From: Octopus vulgaris
Lineage: Eukaryota
Length of the DNA: 64,000 bases
Assembly: GCA_951406725.2 (NCBI GenBank)
Contig: OX597836.1
Span: 46,748,001 to 46,812,000 of the forward strand
Reading direction: 5' to 3'
A program made the position numbers and the translations under genes. Positions 38,175 to 51,455 of this stretch are shown in pieces (position 1 is the stretch's first letter; the number at the start of each line of letters is the position of its first letter). The notes under the pieces were generated by a model. It saw only the letters and a program-made list of their open reading frames with translations, was not told the origin of the DNA and did not search any database.

Positions 38175-38606
38175 TATTCTCTCTTTCTTTTACTCTTTTA
38201 CTTGTTTCAGTCATTTGACTGTGGCCATGCTGGAGCACCGCCTTTTAGTCGAGCAAATCGACCCCGGGACTTATTCTTTTTTGTAAGCCCAGTACTTATT
38301 CTATCGGTTTCTTTTGCCGAACCGCTAAGTGACGGGGACATACACACACCAGCATCGGTTGTCAAGCAATGCTAGGGGGACAAACACAGACACAAAAAAC
38401 ACACACGCACACACATATATATATATACATATACATATATACGACGGGCTTCTTTCAGTTTCCGTCTACCAAATCCACTCACAAGGCTTTGGTCTGCCCG
38501 AGGCTATAGTAGAAGACACTTGCCCAAGATGCCACACAGTGGGACTGAACCCGGAACCATATGGTTGGTAAGCAAGCTATTTACCACACAGCCACTCCTG
38601 CGCCTG
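38175..38606 (-). mobile_element. SINE family A
   Basis: Full-length consensus. Confidence 0.9.
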
Positions 38607-38917
38607 TATATATATCAGTATAGCTTTTTGTGTCTCTCTGTTTCTATTTGTGTCTGTCTGTGTGTCTAGCTGCCTGTCTTTTTGTGTCTGTTTTATTTCT
38701 ATGATGGAAAGTGTTCCAGTCGTATCACAGAAGTACTGCTGCCCTGTTGTATGCAGAAACAACAACAACAGCTATAACAACATTAGTGCTAAAGTACAAC
38801 AACAACAACAGCAACAACAACAGACAGACAGACAGAAATGTGTTGATGATTAAAAAAAACCTGATGACATTTATTTTGATATATAGTGTAGTAAATATAG
38901 TTCAAGTTCAGGCGACA

Positions 38918-39342
38918 GTGGTGGTGTGTGTGTGTGTGTCTGTGTGTGCGTGTGTGTGTTGGTGGTTGTGTGTGTGTGTCTGTGTGCATGTGTGTGTAGG
39001 TGGTTGTGTGTGTGTGTGTGTTTGTGTGTGGAAAGTTGCGTGTGTGTGTCTGTGTGGGTGTGTGTGTGTGTGTGTGTGTGTGTATCTGTGTGTGTCTGTG
39101 TGTGTCTGTGTGTGTGTGTGGAAAGATGTGTGTGTGTGTCTCTGTGTGTGTGTGTGTGTCTGTGTGTCCGTGTGTGTCTGTGTATGTGTGTCTGTGTGTG
39201 TGTGTGTGTGGGGGGGGGGTGTTTGCATGCACATGTGTGCTTATGTGTGTGTGTGCACGTGCATGTGTGTGTGTGCACGTGCATGTGTATGTGTGCACGT
39301 GCATGTGTGTATGTGCACGTGTGTACATGTGTGTGTGTGTGT
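38918..39342. repeat. (TG)n-rich microsatellite
   Basis: Directly visible. Confidence 0.95.
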
Positions 39343-39499
39343 TTTCTTTTTCCCTTTTCAATGTACTATTAGCTTTGACCAACCACCTAATTAGTAAAGA
39401 AAAGCATCTTATTTAATTTATCATCCCTTAAATCACAAGAAGGTCCTGCTGGTTTTTATGGTCCCAGATATCAGAATCATTTATAGTTGTACAAATTAA

Positions 39500-39720
39500 G
39501 AATTTTCATTCTCTCCCCAAGAACTCGAGTTCAGCCACACTTTGCCCCAGGTGAGTTCATACCTACCCTGTTGCTCCAATGATAACGGGTATGAAACTGA
39601 AAGTTTATCTTGGGTACTGGGTTTGCAAACTCATTATCAGGGGCCCACAGATGTCCTCTTTCTCTTGTAGTTTTCTGACCACGTTAGTGTTTAGAGGGCA
39701 GAGCATATTTAGAAGACAAA
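39500..39720 (-). mobile_element. RLE-type LINE C-terminal remnant
   Basis: CPLNTNVVRKLQEKEDICGPLIMSLQTQYPR*TFSFIPVIIGATG resembles the EKxxKY..L...PVIIGALG motif. Confidence 0.6.
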
Positions 39721-39767
39721 TTAATAAAACAGACCATAGTGAGAATAAAGATGGGGAAGTATAAAGG

Positions 39768-39801
<34 letters not shown>

Positions 39802-39802
<1 letters not shown>

Positions 39803-40330
39803 AGGCGGGGAGCTGGCAGAAACGTTAGCACGCTGGGCGAAATGCTCAGCGGTATTTCGTCTGCCACTACATTCTGAGTTCAAATTCTGCCGAGGTCGAC
39901 TTTGCCTTTCATCCTTTCAGGGTCGATAAATTAAGTACCAGTTACACACTGGGGTCGACATTATCGACTTAATCCGTTTGTCTGTCCTTGTTTGTCCTCT
40001 CTGTGTTTAGCCCCTTGTGGGTAGTAAAGAAATAGGTATTTCGTCTGCCGTTACGTTCTCAGTTCAAATTACGCCAAGGTCGACTTTGCCTTTCATCCTT
40101 TTGGGGTCAATAAATTAAGTACCAGTTACACACTGGGGTCGATATTATCGACTTAATCCGTTTGTCTGTCCTTGTTTGTCCTCTCTATGTTTGTCCCCTT
40201 GTGGGCAATAAAGAAATAAGAAATAAGAAATAAGAGAGAGAGAGAGAGGAGTGCAAGAAAGACAGTGGGGTCGATATGTTATCGACTTAATCCGTTTGTC
40301 TGTCCTTGTTTGTCCTCTCTATGGAGGAAA
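39802..40330 (+). mobile_element. SINE family B, head-to-tail partial tandem copies
   Basis: Full copy at 39802-40035, then a 5'-truncated repeat at 40036-40230 and a further fragment. Confidence 0.88.
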
Positions 40331-40659
40331 TAAGAAATAAGAAATAAGTAAGAGACAGAGAGAGGACATGGAGGAGAGTAAGAGAGAGAGAGGCAGAGAG
40401 AGAGAGGGCAGAGTGAGAGGGAAGGAGGAGAGAGGGAGAGGATTGTTGGTTATGAGAATGAACAGAAACTGTATAAGCTGTTACATCTAATAATCTCAGC
40501 TGCCAACTTTTGTTATCTCAGATTAAAGGAAACCCTTGTAACAACACTGAATACATCCTACTTAACACAGGTTGTCAGATCCATGTGGTAGAGTATAATC
40601 TATAGTAGTGTATGGTCTATCTATTTGTCTGTCTGTTTATCTATAAGCATGTACATATC

Positions 40660-40995
40660 TTAGGCAAGTGTCTTCTGCTATAGCCCCGGGCCAACCAATG
40701 CCTTGTGAGTGGATTTAGTAGACGGAAATTGAAAGAAGCCTGTCGTGTATATGTATATATATATGTATTTGTGTGTATGTTTGTGTGTCTGTGTTTGTCC
40801 CCCTAGCATTGCTTGACAACCGATGCTGGTGTGTTTACGTCCCCGTCACTTAGCGGTTTGGCAAAAGAGACCGATAGAATAAGTACTGGGCTTACAAAGA
40901 ATAAGTCCCGGGGTCGATTTGCTCGACTAAAGGCGGTGCTCCAGCATGGCCGCAGTCAAATGACTGAAACAAGTAAAAATAAAAGTAAAAGTAAG
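40660..40995 (+). mobile_element. SINE family A, 5'-truncated
   Basis: Family consensus. Confidence 0.88.
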
Positions 40996-41394
40996 TAAAG
41001 ACACACACACACACACACACATAATGGTTGTTCACTTGCAGTCCAGGAACACCCATCACTTGGTGCTTGGTGCATAAGAGCACACATTTATATCATTGCC
41101 TTTTATTATTAAAAGTCTTAAAATTTTATATAAAAGTTACCTTTATGAAAATGTGGCTGAGAGGAACAACAGAAGAATTTATGCAAAAATAGGAAAAAAG
41201 AAAAAAAAAAAAACGGATGTAGGGAGCTCAATTCCTTATCAGTTGTCAGCCAGATATCATCACAGTTTTGAGACCTGATGACAATATTGTAAAATCTGGC
41301 ATTGTGTCAGTGACAGGAGTTGCTGGGGCCATAAATAAGGAGACATGGGAGAAGATCAAAGACAGGAATAAATGATACAAGAATATAAGAAAAT

Positions 41395-42641
41395 ATGGTT
41401 AGAGCATTGAGTTTACGGTCGTGAGGTTGTGAGCTCAAATCCCGGACCGGGCTACGTGTTGTGTTCTTGAGCAGGACACTTTATTTTACGTTGCTCCAGT
41501 TCACTCAGCTGTAGAAATGAGTTGCAACATCACTGGTGCCAAGCTGAATCAGCCCCTTGCCTTTCATTTGGATAACACTGGTGGTGTGGAGAGCGGAGGC
41601 TGGTATGCATGGGTGACTGCTGGTCTTCCATAAACAACCTTTCCCGGACTTGTGCCTGGGAGGGTAACTTTCTACGTGCAATAGTAAATAAAGTTAAATT
41701 ATGAGAACAGGAAAACATATATATATATATACATATAAACATATATCAGGAATGGCTGTGTGGTAAGTAGCTTGCTTACCAACCACATGGTTTCAGGTTC
41801 AGTCCCACTGTGTGCCACCTTGGGCAAAAGGCTACTACTATAGCCTCGGGCCGACCAAAGTCTTGTGAGTGGATTTGTTAGACGGAAACTGAAAGAAGCC
41901 CATCGTATATATAAATCCTTAAATCCTTAAAAATGTTTTAGCCCGAAGGCCACGGCCATGCTGGGGCACCACCACTGTATATGTATATATAATATGTGTG
42001 TGTGTGTGTATGTTTGTGTGTCTGTGTTTGACCCTCCAACATTGCTTGACAACCAATGCTGGAGTGTTTATGTCCCCGTAACATAGCAGTTCAGCAAAAG
42101 AGGCCGATAGAATAAGTACTAGGCTAATGAAGAATAAGTCCTGGGGTCAATTTGCTTCACTAAAGGTGCTGCTCCAGCATGACCACAGTCAAATGACTGA
42201 AACAAGTAAAAGAGTATGTATGTATATATATATATATATATATATCTTTTCTCTTTTACTTGTTTCAGTCATTTGACTGCAGCCATGCTGGAGCACCGCC
42301 TTTTGTCGAGCAAATCGATGCCGGGACTTATTCCTTGTAAGCCCAGTACTTATTCTATCGGTCTCTTTTTGCCGAACCACTAAGTGACGGGGACATAAAC
42401 ACACCTGCATTGGTTGTCAAGCAATGCTAGGGGGACAAACACACACACACACTCACACACATATATATATACATATATACGACAGGCTTCTTTCAGTTTC
42501 CGTCTACCAAATCCACTCACAAGGCATTGGTCGGCCCGGGGCTATAGCAGAAGACACTTGCCCAAGATGCCACGCAGTGGGACTGAACCCAGAACCATGT
42601 GGTTGGTTAGCAAGCTACTTACCACACAGCCACTCCTGCGC

Positions 42642-42679
<38 letters not shown>

Positions 42680-43010
42680 TCTGAGACCCCCTTCGGTCAT
42701 GACACAGACCATGGGATTGCACCTAGAAAGTTACCCTCTCAGGCACAAGTCCGGGCAAGGTTGTTTATGGAAGACCAGCAGTCACCCATGCATACCGGCC
42801 TCCCTTCTCCACACCACTCATGTTATCCAAGAGAAAGGCAAGGAGCTGATTCAGCTTGGCACCAGTGACGTCGCAACTCATTTCTACAGCTGAGTGAACT
42901 GGAGCAACGTGAAAATAAGTGTCTTGCTCAAGGACACCACACGCAGCCCGGTCCAGGATTTGAGCTCACAACCTCACGACCGTAAACTCGATGCTCTAAC
43001 CACTGAGCCA
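41395..43010. mobile_element. SINE block D(+) A(+) A(-) D(-)
   Basis: D 41395-41682, A 41745-42215, A 42245-42642, D 42684-43010. Confidence 0.88.
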
Positions 43011-43191
43011 TGTGCCACGTAAAAAGCACCCACTACACTCACGGAGTGGTTGGCGTTAGGAAGGGCATCCAGCCGTAGAAACATTGCCAGATCTGACTGG
43101 GCCTGGTGCAGCCTTCTGGCTTCCCAGACCTCAGTTGAACCGTCCAACCCATGCTAGCATGGAAAGCAGACACTAAACGATGATGATAATG

Positions 43192-43260
<69 letters not shown>

Positions 43261-44305
43261 CATATATACAAGAAGCCATGGAATGGGACTGAACCCAGGA
43301 CCATATGGCTGGGAAGTAAATGTCTTACTAAACAGCCATGCCTATGCGTATATGTTGTATATATTTCTGTGTGTTGTGAAAATATCAATCCCTCAATACA
43401 TATATGTTGCCTAGTTTAGCTTGAAAACACATTTCTGTTAACTCTGTTCATGTTTTAAAAGTATTTTTAGATATTTCTATTTATAGCTCTTTATATTGGG
43501 AAAAAAGGCATTTATAGAGATTTTTCAAAGAGATATTTTATTATTAGAATATAAGACATCAATAATCAGGATATTTGTTATTTTGTTTTTGCTGAAGTCC
43601 TTGAGAAAGATGTCGTTGGTGTCTATGAATACATACAAGATTCATGTAGTTGTAGCTCGTTTTTTTTTATGCTCTGTGATTACATCTGTCTGTTTTAAAA
43701 AATAACAATGTTGAAATACATAAATATAATATCTAATAGGTCTATTTTCCAACCGATATATACATATTTATTAACGTGAACAAGGTTGAGATGCTGAATA
43801 TAGACAATCAAAATTAGATGCTATAAATCTTTTCTACTTCATCAATCTACTCTTTTGCAAACATGATGTTCAGCAAACAAAAATGATAACGGATTTTATA
43901 AATTGGCCCTTGGTGCTTATATGCAGTGGGGAGGGCCTATATTGGTTTCAAATTTTGGCACAAGGCAAGCAATTTTTGGGAAGGGGTTAAGTCAATTATA
44001 TCAACTCCAGTACTGAAAAGGTCTTATTTTATTGACCCTGAGAAAAATAAAAGGCTGAACTGACCCCAGTAGAATTTTAACTTCCAATGTAAAGATGGAC
44101 AAAATGCCATGTAGCATTTTGCCCAGCATGCTAATGGTTCTATCAGTTTTCCAACTTGCAGGGTGGGGGTCTATATTATTTTGACTCTATCTGTTGGTAT
44201 TGAGTTTGCCCCAACAAAAGTTCCTTATTGTAATTTTAGTTGAAATGCCAAACAGAGTACAAATTGCAAAGACTTAAGGTTTCTGGTGAGAACATGGCTA
44301 TAATG

Positions 44306-44530
44306 ACTCTCTACTCTTTTACTCTTTTACTTGTTTCAGTCATTTAACTGTGGCCATGCTGGAGCACCACCTTTTTAGTTGAGCAAATCGACCCCGGGAC
44401 TTATTCTTTGTAAGCCCAGTACTTATTCTATCGGTCTCTTTTGCCGAACTGCTAAGTTACGGGGACGTAAATACACCAGCATCGGTTGTCAAGCGATATT
44501 GGGGGCACAAACACAGACACACAAACACAT

Positions 44531-44585
<55 letters not shown>

Positions 44586-44752
44586 TACAACTGGCTTCTT
44601 TCAGTTTCCGTCTAACAAATCCACTCACAAGGCTTTGGTCGGCCCGATGCTATAGTAGAAGACACTTGCCCAAGGTGCCACGCAGTGGAACTGAACCCGG
44701 AACCATGTGGTTCGTAAGCAAGCTACTTACCACACAGCCACTCCTACGCCTA
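44306..44752 (-). mobile_element. SINE family A
   Basis: Full-length consensus. Confidence 0.9.
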
Positions 44753-46223
44753 TGTCATAATGGTAGAGTTACAATTTACATTCCATAGAGAATAAGGTTC
44801 CACATTGACAATTCTATTTCAATGCAATCAAAGGATAGAAATCTAAGTTTGCTGTTGTGAAATCTGACTCACAACACAGAGGAATCAAGGTAAATTGTAC
44901 AAGTGATTTAGTCCTGTTCTGCTACTGTTTTGGTCAATTTACCCATGTGTCTTGGACAACTTACAAAAGTGCTATCTTCCAGGACTCAATTGTTTCTGCC
45001 AATTTATAAAGCAGTCAATTATAAAACACTTCATTGCGAATGGAATTGCAATTTATTCAGTGATATATTTATTGGAAACTCCTGAAAGTTCTGTGACTCC
45101 ATTCCTTGTTATTTTGGTTTTAAAATCTCTTTTGGTTTTGGTTAAAGTGATGTCAAAGAAAGAAACAGAATAGTCCGAGAGAGAGAGGGGGGGGGAGATG
45201 GAGAGAAAGAGAGGGGGAGGGAAGGAGAGAGAGAGATGGAGAGAGAGAAAGAGGGAGGGAGAGAGATGGAGAGAGATGGAGAGAGAAAGAGGGAGGGAGG
45301 GAGAGAGAGAGAGAGGAAAGGAGAGAGACAGACAGACAGACAGAGAGTGGGAGGGAGAGAGAGAGAGAGAGGTAGAAACAGAAAGAAAGGAATTAAGAGT
45401 GCAAAGAAGCGAGAACAGAAGTGCAATGTTTATGGTTCCATTGATTTGACAGCAGCTCCATCTTGTGGAATTGGTAAAATATCTCCTCCCAAGAGATTGT
45501 CACAAATCTCTATTTTTCTGAAACAACCAATAATACAACCTTGACCACTACCACCGCTACTAGCAATACTACAAACATCATCACCACTACTATCAACCAC
45601 CACCAACTCTACCAATGAGCACATAACCACCACCACCACCACCACCACAACCACCACCACCATAACCACCACAACCACCACCACCACAACCACCACCACC
45701 ACAACACCATCACGCTACCACCACCACCACCACTGCCACTTCTATCAATGATATTACAATAACTAAATCACCATCACCATCTCATCACCACCTCCACTAC
45801 CACACCACAACACCATCACGCTACCACCACAACTATCACCACCATCATCATATGAAATGACTAACTATACTTTGAACCAGTGATTGCTTAATTAGCTGAC
45901 CCCAAGAGGTACAGGGTCAAATAGCAAAAGTACAACCAGGAGATACCACTATAGTAACAACACAACAAGGAGCAAAAGAAGCCATCACATGGTTCCAGGT
46001 TCAGTTCCACTGCATGGCACCTGGGCCAAGTGTATTCTACTGTAGGCTAACCAAAACTTTGTGAAGGGATTTGGTTGATGGAAACTGAAAGAAGCCCATC
46101 ATATAACTGTAATTGCTATATGGTTGAATGACTAACACTCATGCCCAATACATAGGCATTTGAATTTATTTTTTACAATCCAGCTGTTCTTTCACACAGA
46201 ATTTTGTCTATCTTCAAACCACT

Positions 46224-46295
46224 GGCTCTGATGAGGCTTATATAAGGGAATTGAATTGTTTATATATCAAAACAGGCTGAAACAAACTGTTGGCT
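46224..46295 (+). ncRNA. Degenerate hammerhead motif
   Basis: GGCU-CUGAUGA-GGC[..]GCU-GAAA-C-aaacu-GUU-GGCU. Helix I relies on G-U pairs. Confidence 0.5.
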
Positions 46296-46380
46296 TTTTG
46301 GGGATTTTTAAAAATTGTTTATGTTATATTATTATATAAATAAATCATTGGATTGTCAATTGTATCTCTCTATTCAATTT

Positions 46381-46429
<49 letters not shown>

Positions 46430-46434
<5 letters not shown>

Positions 46435-47075
46435 AAGGAATACAAAAAATGGGCCAAGAATGCAAAACATCCACACATGATACAAAAAGGGACAAGAAAA
46501 AACAGGGATGGGTTATTTGGAGTTTTCTTTCCTCAGTCGAGTTCCAGATTATCTTTGCAATTTCAGCTGGTTATACTCGAGATTGCTCCAACCTGGCCAG
46601 CCCCAAGGAAAAACTAAGCTAAGAGCATTAGATTCCTTGGAAGAAAGCAGTGAATGTATACGAAAATAAGGACGGAAAAAAAAACCGGAGAAATGGTACA
46701 CAAATATAAATGCAAATAACTGGACATTAACAGGTGCCTTTTGACTAAGGACGAATTAAATTAATCTGGTGTGGGTGAAAGAGAAGCCTTATGGTAGGGA
46801 CATAAGAGATGACAGGCATGGGGAGGAATATAGGTGTTGCACGGATGGTAGTTGAACCAAGAAAGAAAGGTCAGGCTTGGCCAAACACTGGTCACGTGGA
46901 AGGAGAGGAGAGAGATAGAGGCAGAAGAATAGAAGAATTAGGGAGGGACGAGGAAAAGAGAAAAGGGACAGAGTGAAGTGAAAGAGGAGGGAAAGTGAGA
47001 ATGAGGAGAAAGCCAGGAAATGTGAGAGAGGGGGGATGAAAGAAAGAAGACTGGAAAGAACGAAGTAAGTGTGAG
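46430..47075 (-). mobile_element. PLE-type 3' terminal fragment
   Basis: Homologous to about 11690-12340 (ggagcaatctc..ccagc.gaaattgc.aagat.atctgg; cacgtgacc), bounded by (TA)n. Confidence 0.6.
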
Positions 47076-47246
47076 GGGGGCTGATAGAAAGAAAGAAAGA
47101 ATGTATATATGTGTGTGTATACATACATACATATATACATACATATATACATACATACATATATACATACATATATACATACATATATACATACATACAT
47201 ATATACATACATACATGCATATATATATATATATGTATGTATATAT

Positions 47247-47605
47247 AGAAGAAGAAGAAGAAGAACAAGAACAAGAAGAACAAGAACAAGGAGAAGAAGA
47301 AGAAGGAGGAGAAGAAGAAGAAGAAGAAGAAGAAGAAGAACAAGAAGAAGAACAAGAACAAGAAGAACAAGAACAAGAAGAAGAAGAACAACAAGGAGAA
47401 GAAGAAGAACAAGAAGAACAAGAACAAGAAGAACAAGAAGAACAAGAACAAGAAGAACAAGAACAAGAAGAAGAAGAAGAAGAAGAAGAAGAAGAAGAAG
47501 AAAAAGAAGAGGAAGAAGAAAAAGAAGAGGAAGAAGAAAAAGAAGAAGAAGAAGAAGAAGAAGAAGAAGAAGAAGAAGAAGAAGAAAAAGAAGAAGAAGA
47601 AGAAA

Positions 47606-47636
<31 letters not shown>

Positions 47637-47683
47637 AGAAGAAGAAGAAGAAGAAGAAGAAGAAGAAGAAGAAGAAGAAGAAG
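47247..47683. repeat. (GAA)n/(GAACAA)n microsatellite
   Basis: Explains the poly-E/R/F/L ORFs. Confidence 0.97.
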
Positions 47684-48216
47684 GCGAGGATGAAGGAGAG
47701 GAAGGAAAGGTGATGACCTTTGATCCATCTTAGGATATTACAAAAATTAGTCATTAATAAAAGTCTGTATGAACGGTGTTTGTGTTCCGCAGTCCATTAT
47801 TTTAGTGCAATTATAAATGGTTGTTTGTCTAGCAGTGACTAACAATGGAGAGGGTAACTATTTCAATTTCCTTGTATAATAATTATGGTGGCCGTTGATG
47901 TATCAGAACTCAATGTTAGCTGAGGCTGTTACGTTAACTTGATAAATGCCTTTTAAAGTAATAATATACACACACACACATGCACACGCATGCGCGCACA
48001 CACATGTACATACACATGCACTCATGCACACACACACACACACACATGCACATGCGCACACATGGATAGGGTGCATCATTGTTTGTATAAAGACAACGAA
48101 ACAGGTTGGCACCAGGAAAGGCATCCAGCCATAAAATACTGCTTTAAAAGGAACTGCCTGACAGTTGCCTACTAAATGGAGAGACAGACATAGAAACAAC
48201 GATGATGAAATAGAGA

Positions 48217-48262
<46 letters not shown>

Positions 48263-48421
48263 GTAGAAAAAATGTGTGACAATTATTCGGTAGCCAAGAT
48301 AAAACAAGAGTTTTATCTTGGCTACTGAATAATTGTCACATATTACATTTACAGATAAATTCCTCTATTTACATAATATTGAGGTCTCTTTCTTTCTTTT
48401 GTTATCTTACCGTTTTTACCA

Positions 48422-48482
<61 letters not shown>

Positions 48483-49152
48483 TATATTTATATATATATA
48501 TTGTCCAACCCGTGCTAGCGCGCAAAACGGATGATGATGATGATATATATATATATATATATACATGTATATATATATATATGTATGTATGTATGCATAT
48601 ATATATGTATGTATATATATATATGTGTGTGTGTATATATGTATGTATGTATATATATTATGGTGTAGCAGTGGCTGTGTGGTAAGTAGCTTGCTTCCCA
48701 ACTATATTGTTCGGGGTTCAGTCCTACTGCATGCCACCTTGGGCAAGTGTTTTCTACTATAACCTTGGGCCAACTAAATTCTTCTGAGAGGATTTGGTAA
48801 ATGGAAACTGAAAGAAACCTATAGCATACGTGTGTGTGTGTATGTGTGTGTGTATCTGTCTGTCTGTCTCTTTCTCTTTGTCCACTACCACCACTTCACA
48901 ACCGGTGTTACTGTGTTTATGTCCTCATAACTTAGCCATTCAGCAGAAGGGAACAATAGAATAAGTACTGGGCCAAAACAAGTAAGGGCTGGGGTTGGTT
49001 CATTCAACTAAAAACTCATCAAAGCTCCCCCCACCACCTGACTGGGCTAAAAACTAGGTACTTAATAACCAAACCCTTTAAAGAGCCTAACCCAGCCTGT
49101 TTTATTCGAAAGTGATGCCCATCATCACTATTGCCATGAAGAAAAGGATATT

Positions 49153-49358
49153 ACTCTTTTACTCTTTTACTTGTTTCAGTCATTTGACTGTGGCCATGCT
49201 GGAGCACCGCCTTTAGTCGTGCAAATCGACCCCAGGACTTATTGTTTGGAAGCCTTGTACTTATTCTATCGATCTCTTTTGCTGAACGGTTAAGTAACAG
49301 GGACATAAGCACACCAGCATCGGTTGTCAAACACAGACACACAAACATATACACACAC

Positions 49359-49427
<69 letters not shown>

Positions 49428-49593
49428 TACGATGGGCTTCTTTCAGGTTCCGTCTACCAAATACACTCACAAGGCTTTGCTCGGCCCGGGGCTATAGTAG
49501 AAGACACTTGCCCAAGGTGCCACGCAGTGGAACTGAACCTGGAACCATGTGGTTGGTAAGCAAGCTACTTACCACACAGCCACTCTTATGCCT
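49153..49593 (-). mobile_element. SINE family A with 5-bp TSD
   Basis: atatt at 49148-49152 and 49594-49598. Confidence 0.9.
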
Positions 49594-50299
49594 ATATTGT
49601 AGAACATTATAGGATTTCTATGTTTTATAATTTCGACTGTGTTTGTACTTCAGAGCAATGTCCCAAGTTGCTCTCTGCTTATGATAACAACAACCTCATA
49701 GTTTTCTCTACGGCGTATCAATTATTCATAATTGATAATGTAAAAGTCTAAAATGGTTGCAGATTCCAGTGCAATATTGAAATTACTGACATTGCTTTTT
49801 TGCAGCATCTCTTGAGACTCAGCTCAAATATTATACATAAAAAGATGATGTTTCTCTAATGGGACTGTCTCTTGGAAGAGACTGAAGTGTTTCGATCTTG
49901 TTCTAAGTCTGCTCTTGTGCTTTAAAAGCTGGTATGAATCTCTCAGCTTGAAAAGAAATCATCTGAAAACTGTTGAATTTCTCAATAGTGGAAGCAAGAT
50001 TTCTTAAGGGCTCCGAGGGATCAACAAGTACAGCTAGACTAACTTTTCTATTAGAACAATGCCTTACAGCTGTCAAGTGTTTTTGTTTTTCACTTAAGCA
50101 CTTGTAACAAACTTTGGGATATGGTGCTAATTTTTCCAGAAGCATAATCCCATTTAGGCTCAGAGTTGAACTCATCTTTCTTCTATTATTCATGTGTACA
50201 ACTGAGATTTAGCCTCTGCTTTTCTTACCGATTGAGCTTTACATTTGGCCTGGTGCATTTGTGGGCTTTCGTGCCACTTGCGCACAACCTATCTCTCTC

Positions 50300-50516
50300 T
50301 CTACTCTTTTACTTGTTTCAGTCATTTGACTGCGGCCATGCTGCAGCACCGCCTTTAGTCGAGCAACTCGACCCCGGGACTTATTCTTTGTAAGCCCAGT
50401 ACTTATTCTATCAGTCTCTTTTGCTGAACCGCTAAGTGACGGGGACATAGACACACCAGCATTGGTTGCCAAGCAATGCTAGGGGGACAAACACAGACAC
50501 ACAAACACACACACAT

Positions 50517-50553
<37 letters not shown>

Positions 50554-50718
50554 CGACGGGCTTCTTTCAGTTTCCGTCTACCAAATCCACTCACAAGGCT
50601 TTGGTCGGCCTTGAGGCTATAGTAGAAGACACTTGCCCAAGATGCCACGCAGTGGGACTGAACCCGAAACTATGTGGTTGGTAAGCAAGCTACTTACCAC
50701 ACAGCCACTCCTGCGCCT
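50300..50718 (-). mobile_element. SINE family A
   Basis: Full-length consensus. Confidence 0.9.
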
Positions 50719-51068
50719 GGTAACATTCTGTTAAAAGTGAACTTGTTATTCACCAAGAGTCTCCTATTTCTTTGAACAACCAATCTGTTTCTGCTAAGTC
50801 TTGTCTTCTGTGAGCTGCATTCTTGACAGCATTTGTTGTCACAGATTTTCTCTTCCAGCTGCCCTCAAAACACGCAAACAGTTGACCCTTCTCTAACCAT
50901 ATTTCTGTTGAACTACACTGCACTTGTTTCAATAAATTTTGAAAATTAAAAAAAAAAAAAATTCGGTAAAATATCTTGGTCATTACTAAGCCGCTAATTA
51001 GAACATAAATTAACATGGAATTTTAATGGGAGATTTTAATTTAGATCACTTTATATAGAAAGTTTGTG

Positions 51069-51455
51069 TGGAGGCGCAATGGCCCAGTGGTTAGGGCAGC
51101 AGACTCGCGGTCATAGGATCGCGGTTTCAATTCCCAGACTGGGTGTTGTGAGTGTTTATTGAGCGAAAACACCTAAAAGCTCCACGAGGCTCCGGCAGGG
51201 GATGGTGGTGATTCCTGCTGTACTCTTTCACCACAACTTTCTCTCACTCTTACTTCCTGCTTCTGTTGTACCTGTATTTCAAGGGACCGGCCTTGTCACT
51301 CTCTGTGTAACGCTGAATATCCCCGAGAACTACGTTAAGGGTGCACGTGTCTGTGGAGTGCTCAGCCACTTACACGTTAATTTCACGAGCAGGCTGTTCC
51401 GTTGATTCGGATCAACCGGAACCCTCATCGTCATAACCGACGGAGTGCTTCCATC
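51069..51455 (+). mobile_element. tRNA-derived SINE family E
   Basis: Homologous to 185-568; flanked by the duplicated atatagaaagtttgt. Confidence 0.9.

Larger units (their letters stand above)
49100..50930 (-). mobile_element. Decayed Helitron RepHel N-terminal region, interrupted by two SINEs
   Basis: CYKC...HCSNRKVSLAVLVDPSEPLRNL...IEKFNSFQMISF...FIPAFKAQEQT*NKIETL, then YEVVVIIS, and (after removing SINE 49153-49593) YNVLQYPFLHGNSDDGHH. These match the Helitron CCxxGKVxLP..PPEPL, YNSxFQMTSFG, PTFKxQGQxYHxIGSL and YDALQYPL..GEDGY motifs. Boundaries approximate. Confidence 0.8.

Noticed and set aside
43370-43900. Possible further PLE RT remnant (ENINPSI)
   Set aside because: Too degenerate to support by eye.
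46789-47754. Longest ORFs in the window (poly-F/L/E/R)
   Set aside because: Stop-free (GAA)n microsatellite; no coding signal.
51069-51145. tRNA gene (also 495-568)
   Set aside because: tRNA-like head of a SINE that continues into a shared body with a TSD; no proper acceptor stem or terminator.
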